From Alphaproteobacteria bacterium (GTDB lineage Bacteria; Pseudomonadota; Alphaproteobacteria; SP197): a stretch of DNA of 64,000 nucleotides. The stretch spans positions 1,592,571-1,656,570 of the forward strand of contig OZ219920.1 in the NCBI GenBank assembly GCA_964291415.2. The letters run 5' to 3'. Below, piece by piece: positions 41,847 through 50,696 of the stretch (positions within the stretch are counted from its first letter, which is position 1; every line of letters begins with the position of its first letter). The position numbers and the translations under genes are program-made. The notes beneath the pieces are model-generated. The model saw only the letters and a program-made list of their open reading frames with translations, was not told the DNA's origin and did not search any database.

Positions 41847-42965
41847 TCAGAAACCCGCCTTCACCTCGTCGAACAGGCGGATGTACTTCTCCTCGATTTG
41901 CCCGTCCATGGCGTCGAAGAAGATCCCGTTGTTGAGCAGGGCCTCCGGTGTGCTCAGCCCCAGTTCCGCAAGCGCGTCGTCGGAAACCAGATCAAAGGCC
42001 TTCTTGTTGGCGTGCCCGAAGCCGAAGTTCTCGATCTCGAATGCGCCGGCTTCCGGACTGGTCATCGCATTGACGAGGTCGTAAGCGGCGTCGATGTCCT
42101 TCGTTCCGGGGTGGATCGTGAGCCCGCACAGCCATGTGAAGATTCCTTCCTTGGGAATACCAAGCTCGATCGGCACGCCCTGTTCGCGCAGACGCACGTA
42201 CGAGTCGTTCCAGCCGTAGGCTGCAACCAGCTCCCCGGAGGCCAGGGCCTGGTCGATCTCCGAAACATCACCCCAGTAGAAACGCAGGTTCTCGCGCTGC
42301 TTTTCCAGCAGCGGACGCGTGCTCAGAAGTTCTTCGTCGGTCATGTTGAAGATGTCATCGTAGCCCAGCAGAAGACCCGCAATCTGGACATTCGCTTCCG
42401 TGTCGTACGTGGCGACTCGCCCCTTGTACCAGTCCTCGTAGATGATCGCCCAACTCAGGTTCTCGCCGGCGTGTTCGGGCGCGACGATGTCCGAGCGATA
42501 AAGGACCGTGGAGTTGCCCCAGTCCATCGGCATGAAGTAGCGAACGCCTTCATGCACCGAGCCAGCGATGTCATTGAGGCTCTCGAACATGTCGGGCAGC
42601 CATTCCAGGCGGTCGGGATCGAGCGCCATGAGCACGCCCGCATCCCGCCACTTGTGCAGTGTATAGGTGCACGGATGCATGACGTCAGGCGTGAAGCCCT
42701 GGCGCATCTTCTGGAGTGCTTCTTCCTCCGTGGCCCAGAAGGCGGCCTCCGGCGATCCGCCGTACTTCTCGGTGAAGGCGGTGTGGAAGCCCTGCGACTC
42801 GTAGCCGGACCAGCCGAAATACAACACATCACCGGCCGCGTGCGCCGGCCGGGGTACGGCAGGCATGGTCACGAGTCCGAGCCCCGCGGCCGCCAGACCA
42901 CTCTCGAAGGTGCGCCGCGACATCGTTCCGCTGCGCCATGCCTCGACAAACTTCCTGGTATCCAT
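41847..42965 (-). CDS. Polyamine-type (PotD/PotF-like) ABC substrate-binding protein
   Basis: Tat signal SRRTF; WSGY, PMDWG, AYGWN, PKEG..W. Confidence 0.85.
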   Translation of the reverse strand: MDTRKFVEAWRSGTMSRRTFESGLAAAGLGLVTMPAVPRPAHAAGDVLYFGWSGYESQGFHTAFTEKYGGSPEAAFWATEEEALQKMRQGFTPDVMHPCTYTLHKWRDAGVLMALDPDRLEWLPDMFESLNDIAGSVHEGVRYFMPMDWGNSTVLYRSDIVAPEHAGENLSWAIIYEDWYKGRVATYDTEANVQIAGLLLGYDDIFNMTDEELLSTRPLLEKQRENLRFYWGDVSEIDQALASGELVAAYGWNDSYVRLREQGVPIELGIPKEGIFTWLCGLTIHPGTKDIDAAYDLVNAMTSPEAGAFEIENFGFGHANKKAFDLVSDDALAELGLSTPEALLNNGIFFDAMDGQIEEKYIRLFDEVKAGF

Positions 42966-43382
42966 CCTCTCCCTCCTCTCGTTACCGGGAGAACTGCTGA
43001 CGCAGCCCCGGCTGCAAGTGCGTCCGCCCGATCCGGGAGGACCGTTGTTTCCAAGGCTACACCCACCGGACATGCGCAGACAATCTCACCAGCATGTTTC
43101 CATAGGCCCCCACTCCGGATTGATCCGACATAGCCGCAGCCCGATTGTCGGGCATGTCACGTTTCGCGGGGATGATAGCTTGGCGACACTGTGGCGCCGA
43201 CGGTCCATGACGTGTCGGCTGCCCCGGTCAAGCAGCGTTGTGGCTTTCAGGAGAAAGGAAATGCCGCAACGGCATTCGCGAGAACGACCTTCTTCCCTGA
43301 TGTGAAGGTAGGCCTTGACGGCCCCATCTCTTCAACGGTGATCCCGTCCGTGTCTTCCCGGCGCCCGTTTGTGACGCAACTC

Positions 43383-44000
43383 TCAGGGTTCCGATCGATT
43401 AGATCGATGCGACGGACGCCATTCAGAGTCGATGAGGGAGAACAGCAGGTGGTCGCGCCAGTCCCCGTCGATCTTGAGGTAGCTGCGGGCTATCCCCTCG
43501 AGACTGAACCCGCGGGAGACGAGGAGCCGACGGCTCGCTTCGTTGGCCGGCAGGCATGCGGCCTCCAGGCGATGCAGTCCGAACTCGTCAAAGACATGGT
43601 CGATCACCGCCTCCACAGCCTCGCTCATGTATCCCTGACGGGAATAGGAGCGGCCAATCCAATATCCAAGGGTCCCCGAACTCGCCACACCCCGGCGAAT
43701 GTCGCTCACCGTCACCCCGCCCATCAGCGCTTCATCATCGCGCCGGACCAGAAACCAGCTCAGCGCCGTTCCGGCCTCACGATCTCGCGCCTGTAGCTTT
43801 AGGCGTCGGGTGAAGGAACCCCTGGTCAGTGCGTTGCGTGGCCATGTGGGTTCCCAGGGCTGCAGGAACTCCCTGCTTTCGTTGCGCAACCTGGCCCATT
43901 GCGGCCAGTCATCGATGGCAGGCGGCCGGAGCACCAGCCTGACGCTTTCGAGACAGACAGGCTGCTGCCGCGACGCCGGTTTCCTCAGGAAGGCGAACAC
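43383..44000 (-). CDS. rimJ: RimJ-like GNAT N-acetyltransferase
   Basis: LQPWEPTW, TLGYWIG..RQGYM, LHRLEAACLPAN, WRDH; follows M16 peptidase; GTG start inferred. Confidence 0.82.
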   Translation of the reverse strand: MFAFLRKPASRQQPVCLESVRLVLRPPAIDDWPQWARLRNESREFLQPWEPTWPRNALTRGSFTRRLKLQARDREAGTALSWFLVRRDDEALMGGVTVSDIRRGVASSGTLGYWIGRSYSRQGYMSEAVEAVIDHVFDEFGLHRLEAACLPANEASRRLLVSRGFSLEGIARSYLKIDGDWRDHLLFSLIDSEWRPSHRSNRSEP

Positions 44001-45271
44001 GTCCCTGATTCCTTGCCCAGACCCGACAGGATTTTCCCGTAAGGAACAATGCCCTCCTCGGGTCCTATGCAGGCCAACGCAGGACGTGTGCCCTGGAACA
44101 GGGTCTCGGCACACTCGCGGATATCCGCCGCGCACACGGCCTCGATCTTTCCGACGATTTCCTCCTCGGTGATGGTGCGCCCGAAGACGAGCATCTGGCG
44201 CGCCAGCGCCTCGCACCGCGCAGCCGTGCTTTCACGCGCCATCAGGAGCCCCGCCTTCATCTGTGTGCGGGCCCGTTCGATCTCGTCATCGGCGAGGCCG
44301 TCTGCCGTGCGAGCGACCTCGTCGACAACCAGGCTCGCCACGTCCCGGGCATCGGCTTCGGCACACCCGGCATAGATGCCGAAGAGGCCGCTGTCTTCAA
44401 AGGCCGAGTGGAACGAGTAGATGGTGTAGGCGAGTCCCCGGTCCTCGCGGATTTCCTGGAACAGACGTGACGACATGCCGCCGCCCAAAGCGCTGCTGAA
44501 GAACTGGACCGGGTAGTAGTTGTCATCACAGACGCCGAACCCCGGGCACCCCATGACGAGATGGACCTGCTCGACGTCATCCTTGCGGTCGATGGCTCCG
44601 CCGGCATAGGCCGCAGGGCGCGGGAGATAGCGATTCGAACGAGGCAGATCGCAGAACTGCTCCTCCGCCAGACGCACAATCTCCCCGTGATCGACGGCTC
44701 CGGCAGCCGACAGCACCATGTTCTCGGCGGTGTAGTGGCCGGTCATGTGCCCAAGAAGGGTCTGCCGGGTCATGCCGGCAATGCTTGCCGGTGTGCCGAG
44801 GATGGAGCGCCCCATGGGCTGGTCGGGGAAGGCGCACTCCTGAAAGAGGTCAAAGACGAGATCATCCGGGGTGTCGAAAACCTGGGCAATCTCCTGCTCG
44901 ACGACCCAGCGCTCCTTCTCGAGCTCGCTCTCGTCGAAGACGGAGTTCTGCAGGATGTCTCCAAGAACGTCGATCGCCAGCGGCACATCGTCCCCGAGAA
45001 CCCGGGCGTAGTAAGCCGTGTTCTCGCGCGTGGTGTAGGCGTTCACGTATCCGCCGACATCCTCGATCTCCTGGGCAATCATGCGCGCACTGCGCCGCTC
45101 GGTGCCCTTGAACGCCATGTGTTCGAGAAGGTGCGAGATACCGTGAAGATGATCAGGCTCGTCGCGCGCGCCGACATTGACCCAGACACCTACCGCAGCA
45201 GAGCCCACACCCTCGATGCTGTCGGTGACGACCCTCAAACCGTTGGCGAGGCGTGTGACGTCCAGACTCAA
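43985..45271 (-). CDS. M16 family zinc peptidase
   Basis: HLLEHMAFKGT inverted zinc motif, NAYT, SSRLFQEIRE.RGLAY; TTG start approximate. Confidence 0.92.
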   Translation of the reverse strand: MSLDVTRLANGLRVVTDSIEGVGSAAVGVWVNVGARDEPDHLHGISHLLEHMAFKGTERRSARMIAQEIEDVGGYVNAYTTRENTAYYARVLGDDVPLAIDVLGDILQNSVFDESELEKERWVVEQEIAQVFDTPDDLVFDLFQECAFPDQPMGRSILGTPASIAGMTRQTLLGHMTGHYTAENMVLSAAGAVDHGEIVRLAEEQFCDLPRSNRYLPRPAAYAGGAIDRKDDVEQVHLVMGCPGFGVCDDNYYPVQFFSSALGGGMSSRLFQEIREDRGLAYTIYSFHSAFEDSGLFGIYAGCAEADARDVASLVVDEVARTADGLADDEIERARTQMKAGLLMARESTAARCEALARQMLVFGRTITEEEIVGKIEAVCAADIRECAETLFQGTRPALACIGPEEGIVPYGKILSGLGKESGTCSPS

Positions 45272-45299
45272 GGCTGCCCGATCCGCATCGGCCGCTTGA

Positions 45300-46712
45300 T
45301 CAACCGTCCGCCTCCGTGTTGTCGCGGACGTAACCCTGCACGATGTCGACATCGTTTGGCAAGGTCGTCATGTTCTCCGTCAGCCCCTGGATTCTCGAGA
45401 GTTTCGCAGGGCTCTTCGGCGGTTCACCCAGCGCCGTCGCAACCGCCTCCGGGAACTTCGCCGGATGGGCCTGGGCATGCATGATCACCGGAACGCCTGG
45501 ATCGATTCCGACTTCGCGCGCAGCCGCCGTACCACAAGCGGTGTGGGGATCCACCATGACGCCGTGCTCGCGCCACATGCGTCTCATCTCGGCGATGATT
45601 CCGTCGTCATCAAGACGATGACTGGCGATGATGGAGCGTGCCCGCATCAGGGCCCGCGCCGTGACGTCGAACGACCCCAGACGTGGCAGGCGTCCCATCA
45701 GGCGCTGAATGGAACTGCCGTCTCGATCGTAGAGCTCGAACAGCAGACGTTCGAAATTGCTCGAGATCTGGATATCCATGCTCGGTGACAACGTCGCCAC
45801 GACATCGCGCGGCGTGTAGTGTCCGGTCTGGAAGAACCGGTGCAGGATGTCGTTGGCATTGGTCGCCACCACCAGACGGTCAACGGCAAGTCCCATTCTG
45901 ACGGCACACCAGGCGGCAAGGCAGGCGCCGAAGTTGGCGGAGGGAATGGAGAAAGCCACCTTGCGATCCGGCGCACCGAGGCGGATGGCCGCGGCGACGC
46001 AATAGGCTGCCTGGGCCACGATTCGGGTCCAGTTGATGGAGTTGACCGCCGTCAGTCTGCGGGATGCCGCAAAGGCCGCATCGTTGAACATGGCCTTCAC
46101 CAGGGACTGGCAGTCGTCAAACGTTCCCTCGATGGCGATACAGTGGACGTTACCGGCGACCACGGTCGTCATCTGGCGCCGCTGGATATCGCTGACCCGG
46201 CCCTTGGGAAACAGGATGAAGATGTCCATGTTGCGCCGGCCGGCACACCCGGCGATAGCCGCCGAACCGGTGTCTCCCGACGTAGCGCCGAGAATGGTGA
46301 CCCGCTCGCCCCTCGCTTCGAGTGCCCGGTCCATGAGGCGGGCGAGAAGCTGCAGGGCCAGATCCTTGAAGGCAAAGGTCGGGCCATGAAACAGTTCGAG
46401 AAGCCAGTCGTTGTCCGTCGTCTGCACCATGGGAATGACAGCTGGATGGTCGAATTGCGCATAGGCCTGGCGTGTCATGGAGAGCAGATCGTCGGGCCTG
46501 ATCCAGCCGGCAACGAAGGGCTGCATGACACGCGCAACAATCTCGGCGTATGTCATGCCCTGCATGGCTCGAAAGTCCTCGGCCGCGAACCAGGGCCAGG
46601 TCTTCGGCAGCCACAGACCCCCATCGGGGGCCAATCCGCCCAGCAGGATTTCCTCGAAGCCCGCTTCGGCCGCCCCGCCGCGGGTCGAAACATACCTGAT
46701 CTCAGATAACAC
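45300..46712 (-). CDS. thrC: Threonine synthase
   Basis: YVSTRG, ELFHGPTFAFKD, ATSGDTG, NSINW, SPSMDIQISSNFER. Confidence 0.95.
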   Translation of the reverse strand: MLSEIRYVSTRGGAAEAGFEEILLGGLAPDGGLWLPKTWPWFAAEDFRAMQGMTYAEIVARVMQPFVAGWIRPDDLLSMTRQAYAQFDHPAVIPMVQTTDNDWLLELFHGPTFAFKDLALQLLARLMDRALEARGERVTILGATSGDTGSAAIAGCAGRRNMDIFILFPKGRVSDIQRRQMTTVVAGNVHCIAIEGTFDDCQSLVKAMFNDAAFAASRRLTAVNSINWTRIVAQAAYCVAAAIRLGAPDRKVAFSIPSANFGACLAAWCAVRMGLAVDRLVVATNANDILHRFFQTGHYTPRDVVATLSPSMDIQISSNFERLLFELYDRDGSSIQRLMGRLPRLGSFDVTARALMRARSIIASHRLDDDGIIAEMRRMWREHGVMVDPHTACGTAAAREVGIDPGVPVIMHAQAHPAKFPEAVATALGEPPKSPAKLSRIQGLTENMTTLPNDVDIVQGYVRDNTEADG

Positions 46713-46804
46713 TTGTTCGCTCGCCAGAGTGTGGCCCCTCGTGCACTTTAGTCATACGGGCGAACTCAACAAGGGCCGGTTGTTCCGGTGCTTTCCATAG
46801 CCGC

Positions 46805-47725
46805 CTAAGTGGTGCGATATCTCGAGTTGGCGATGAGGCGAGGTTGCGGGGTACCGGTGATGTCACAGTGCACATCGAGCATCGCCGAAAAGTCCTTGCC
46901 GCCAAATCCACGCACCTTTGCCACACTGTAGGCTTCCCGGGCTGCGGCGGCCATCGGCATCGGCACGCCGGTGGCGTTGGCGGCTTCCACGACGAGTGAG
47001 AGATCCTTGTGTGCCAGGTCGATGGTGAATCCGGGGGAGGTGTCATCGGCCAGCACCTTGACGGGCCAGGCCGAACTGATCTGCCCGTTGACGGCCGACG
47101 TGCCACAGATCACGTCGAGCGTGCTGTCGAGATCGAGTCCGAAGGCCGCCGCGAGAACGAGCGCCTCGGCGTTGATCTGGCAGGATGCCGTGGAAATGAA
47201 GTTGTTGACGAGCTTCGTGCGCGTCCCCGTTCCACACGGGCCGCAATGGAAGATCGCCGTCCCCATGGCCTCGAGAAGCGGCCGGACACGCTCAAAATTG
47301 TCGGACGTGCCGCCCACCATGAAGAGGGACTCTCCGGCATCCGCATGGGAGGCAAGACGCCCCACCGGTGCGTCGATGAATTCCAGGCCCCCGTCGTGAC
47401 AGAGTTCGGCCATGGCATCCGTGGTTCCAGGATCGATGGTGCTCATGTCCATGACGAGGGTGCCGCGCCGCGCCGTCGTGAGGATTCCACCCTCACCGGC
47501 AATGACGTCGCGGACGCTGGACGGGCCGGGGAGCATAGTGATCACCACCTCCGCCTCAGCCGCGACCTCCGCCGGTGATGCGGCAGGCACGGCGCCCAGA
47601 CGAGAAAGAATGTCGACCTGACCCTGCACGATGTCGTGAACCACCAGATCGAAGCCCTTGCGCACGAGATTCGAAGCCATGGGACATCCCATGCGCCCAA
47701 GGCCGATGAAACCCGTTGTTCCCAT
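46805..47725 (-). CDS. Beta-hydroxyacid dehydrogenase, YihU (sulfolactaldehyde reductase)-like
   Basis: GFIGLGRMG, DAPVGR, KLVNN, WPVKVL..F.IDLAHKDL. Confidence 0.8.
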   Translation of the reverse strand: MGTTGFIGLGRMGCPMASNLVRKGFDLVVHDIVQGQVDILSRLGAVPAASPAEVAAEAEVVITMLPGPSSVRDVIAGEGGILTTARRGTLVMDMSTIDPGTTDAMAELCHDGGLEFIDAPVGRLASHADAGESLFMVGGTSDNFERVRPLLEAMGTAIFHCGPCGTGTRTKLVNNFISTASCQINAEALVLAAAFGLDLDSTLDVICGTSAVNGQISSAWPVKVLADDTSPGFTIDLAHKDLSLVVEAANATGVPMPMAAAAREAYSVAKVRGFGGKDFSAMLDVHCDITGTPQPRLIANSRYRTT

Positions 47726-47827
47726 GACATCCCTCCGCGTTCGCATCACCTCACGGCTTCTATCAGCGCACCGGAAGCCGTACCAGCAGGACCGGACTCC
47801 TTTCGCAATGACGCTCCTGGAGCATGA

Positions 47828-48454
47828 TCAGGTTCCGCACAGCCGGTCGCCGGCATCCCCGAGACCTGGCACCAGGTAGCCGTGATCGTCCAGACACCGG
47901 TCAATGGCGGCTGTGAAGATTCGAACCTCCGGATGGGCCTTCGCCAGCGCGTCGATTCCCTCGGGCGCGGCCAGGAGGGACATCAGCCGGATGTTGCGGG
48001 CTGACGCGCCTTTCAGCCGTGACAACGCGGCAGACGCTGTGTTGGCCGTCCCGAGCATCGGGTCGAGAACGATGACCGGCCTGTCGGCAAGGTTACTCGG
48101 CACCTTGAAGTAGTATTCGCTCGCCTGAAGCGTGTGCGGGTCCCGCACCAGCCCGATGTAACCGACTGCGGCTGACGGCACCAGTTCAAGCATGCCCTCG
48201 AGCAATCCGTTGCCGGCGCGCAGGACCGAAATCAGGACCGGTTCTCCTTCCTTGAGAAACGGCGCCTCCATCCTGGCAAGCGGTGACTCGATGGTCCGCC
48301 GCACCAGATCCAGATCACGCAGGACCTCGTAACCGACCATCGTTGCGAGTTCACGCATGATCCGGCGGAAGGCGCGGGTTCCGGTTTCCCTGGAACGCAG
48401 AAGGGAGAGCCGGTGCTGAACCAGGGGATGATCGATCACGGTGACACCTGGCAT
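47828..48454 (-). CDS. upp: Uracil phosphoribosyltransferase
   Basis: DHPLVQH, SVLRAG, LDPML, VPGLGDAGDR; AAGGAG SD; C-terminal part of track ORF 47828..50158. Confidence 0.92.
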   Translation of the reverse strand: MPGVTVIDHPLVQHRLSLLRSRETGTRAFRRIMRELATMVGYEVLRDLDLVRRTIESPLARMEAPFLKEGEPVLISVLRAGNGLLEGMLELVPSAAVGYIGLVRDPHTLQASEYYFKVPSNLADRPVIVLDPMLGTANTASAALSRLKGASARNIRLMSLLAAPEGIDALAKAHPEVRIFTAAIDRCLDDHGYLVPGLGDAGDRLCGT

Positions 48455-48568
48455 GGGATACTCCTTCCTGGCGCCGGCGTACCCTGAACTGGTTCCGGTG
48501 GATTGACCGGCGACCGAAACACGACTCAGACTGGCGCTCCACGTTAGCAATTTCACTGGAGAACTGTC

Positions 48569-50668
48569 TTGACCGGGCCTTCGAATCGATCCACTGCCCC
48601 TGGCAGGCGTCTCTTCAGTTTCGGCATCATCACCGACACCCACGTCAACCAGGGTGAGGACGAGACAAATTCGCCCTTCGAATCCGGACGTCTCGCCAAC
48701 CGGCGCATGCGCCATGTCATCCGGGAACTCAATGCGCGGGATCTCGCCTTTGTCGTCCACGTCGGCGACATCGTCCATCCGGTGCCGGCGATCCCCGGAC
48801 TCTATGCCGATGCGGCCCGGCGCTTCTTCGAGGTGTTCGAAACCCTCCGCCATCCTGCCTGGCTCACGCCCGGCAACCACGATGTGGGCGACAAGCCCAA
48901 CGACTGGGCTCCTGCTGCCCGGATCAGCGAGGATCATCTCGTCCTGTGGCAACACCATTTCGGCGACCAGTTCGCGTCGTTTGATCACCAGGAGTGCCAC
49001 TTCGTCATCATCAACGCCCAGGTCATCAACTCGCACCTGGAGGCGGAGGAACGCCAGCGCGCCTGGCTGGAGGACGATCTCCGCAACCACCATGGCCGGC
49101 GCATCTTCCTGTTCAGCCACTATCCGCCCTGTCTCCTGGACGCAGACGAGGACGAGACCTACGACAATATTGGCGAACCCGGCCGTTCCTGGCTCCTCGA
49201 TCTCGCCCGGCAGCACCGGGTCGAAGCCCTGATTGCCGGACATGTCCACAACTTCTGGTACCTCCGGCTCGACTCGACCGAATGCTACATCCTGCCGTCG
49301 ACCGCCTTCGTGCGCTTTGACTACGCGGAGATGCTGAGGGCCTCGCCAGGCGCCGAAACCGAGTTCGGACGCAATGACCGGCCCAAGCTTGGCTATGCCA
49401 TCTGCCATGTCCACGAGAACGGGCACCTGGTCGAGATCGTGCGCACATGGGGAAACACCCTCGACGCCGGGCCGGTTCGGGCAACCGGGCCGGAGTATCG
49501 TCTCGCCGCCATCCATCCGCGCCAGAACAGGCGTGCCGCATTCGGGTTCGACATGCGCCACAACTGGATGGAGATTGTCGAGATTCCTCCCACGGGCGGT
49601 CTCGACGAGTTTGATCGCAAGACCGTGCGCAACGACTACCCGCTGCTCGCCCTGTGGGACATGGCCGTACGGCCCTTGAGGGTGCCGGTACGCGATCTCG
49701 CGAATGAGGCGAATGTCGCGCGCATGAACGTGCTGGCGGAACACGGCCACCTCTTCACTCTCATGTCGTTCGGCGCCCCCACCGGCAACCTGATGGACCG
49801 CCTCAGGGCCCACCACCACCTCTTCCGGACCTGGGATGTCGCCATCAATCCCGAAGTCATCGACCGTGACATCGGCCCCATCGCCTCTGCCGCCAAAGAG
49901 GCCGGTGTACCCCTCGTCCTGTCGCGCCTGCGCTCGATCGACGAACAGCGTGCCGAGGCGGGCAAGTACTACCATTCGATCAACCAGGGTTTCCTCGTCA
50001 GTGATGCAGAGGAGGTCACCGCGATCGCAAGGCTGCCGGAACTCGATGGTGTGCTCGCCGGCGTGGTCTTCCGCCTCACCCTCGACATGCCGGTCTGGGA
50101 AACCGTGGCAGCAGCCAGCGCCGTGGCGACCAGCCTCGACCTCAAGGCCCATGTCCACATGCGCATGGCCGGAACCAGTCCGGCCAGCCCGGTCATGGAC
50201 GACGCCCTCACCGTCCGGCGGATTGCCGAGGCGATGGCGGCAGCAACGACCTTTGCCGATGTCACCGTGTTTGCCGACACCCTGGTCGACATCGACCGTG
50301 GCTACTTTCCCCGGTCAGGCGTTCTCGACCGTCTCTGCAACCCGCGTCCCGCCTACCACGTGGTGCGCCACATGCATGCGGCCCTCGACATCGTCGACGA
50401 CGGACTTTCGCCCGGCGTCGCCAGGGACCTTGCGGGAGGGCGATGCCTCGAGATGAGGGAAGCCGGCAACCCGCTGGTGCTGGCGGTGCCGGAGGACCAG
50501 TCAGCAGCCCTCGCCGTGCCCTGGCCTGGTCACCCCGTTCTCTTGATCAATCTCCTCACCGGTACCGTCACTCCCCACCCGGCATCTCATGAGGTGAAGA
50601 TCGACCCCGCGAACCCGCACCTTCTGTTGGCCGACCCCGACGGAAGCCGTCTTCGCCGCCTTTCCTGA
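48569..50668 (+). CDS. Calcineurin-like metallophosphoesterase fused to a long uncharacterised C-terminal domain
   Basis: DTH, GD, GNHD, H, GHVH motifs in the first ~230 aa; ~400 aa extension; TTG start with GGAG SD. Confidence 0.8.
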   Translation: MTGPSNRSTAPGRRLFSFGIITDTHVNQGEDETNSPFESGRLANRRMRHVIRELNARDLAFVVHVGDIVHPVPAIPGLYADAARRFFEVFETLRHPAWLTPGNHDVGDKPNDWAPAARISEDHLVLWQHHFGDQFASFDHQECHFVIINAQVINSHLEAEERQRAWLEDDLRNHHGRRIFLFSHYPPCLLDADEDETYDNIGEPGRSWLLDLARQHRVEALIAGHVHNFWYLRLDSTECYILPSTAFVRFDYAEMLRASPGAETEFGRNDRPKLGYAICHVHENGHLVEIVRTWGNTLDAGPVRATGPEYRLAAIHPRQNRRAAFGFDMRHNWMEIVEIPPTGGLDEFDRKTVRNDYPLLALWDMAVRPLRVPVRDLANEANVARMNVLAEHGHLFTLMSFGAPTGNLMDRLRAHHHLFRTWDVAINPEVIDRDIGPIASAAKEAGVPLVLSRLRSIDEQRAEAGKYYHSINQGFLVSDAEEVTAIARLPELDGVLAGVVFRLTLDMPVWETVAAASAVATSLDLKAHVHMRMAGTSPASPVMDDALTVRRIAEAMAAATTFADVTVFADTLVDIDRGYFPRSGVLDRLCNPRPAYHVVRHMHAALDIVDDGLSPGVARDLAGGRCLEMREAGNPLVLAVPEDQSAALAVPWPGHPVLLINLLTGTVTPHPASHEVKIDPANPHLLLADPDGSRLRRLS

Positions 50669-50696
50669 AAGCCCGTATGCCAACTCCGGCCGGTGT

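Noticed and set aside
47828-50158. 776-aa ORF suggesting a giant Upp fusion
   Set aside because: The upstream part is the antisense shadow of the metallophosphoesterase; upp has its own SD and ATG at 48454.
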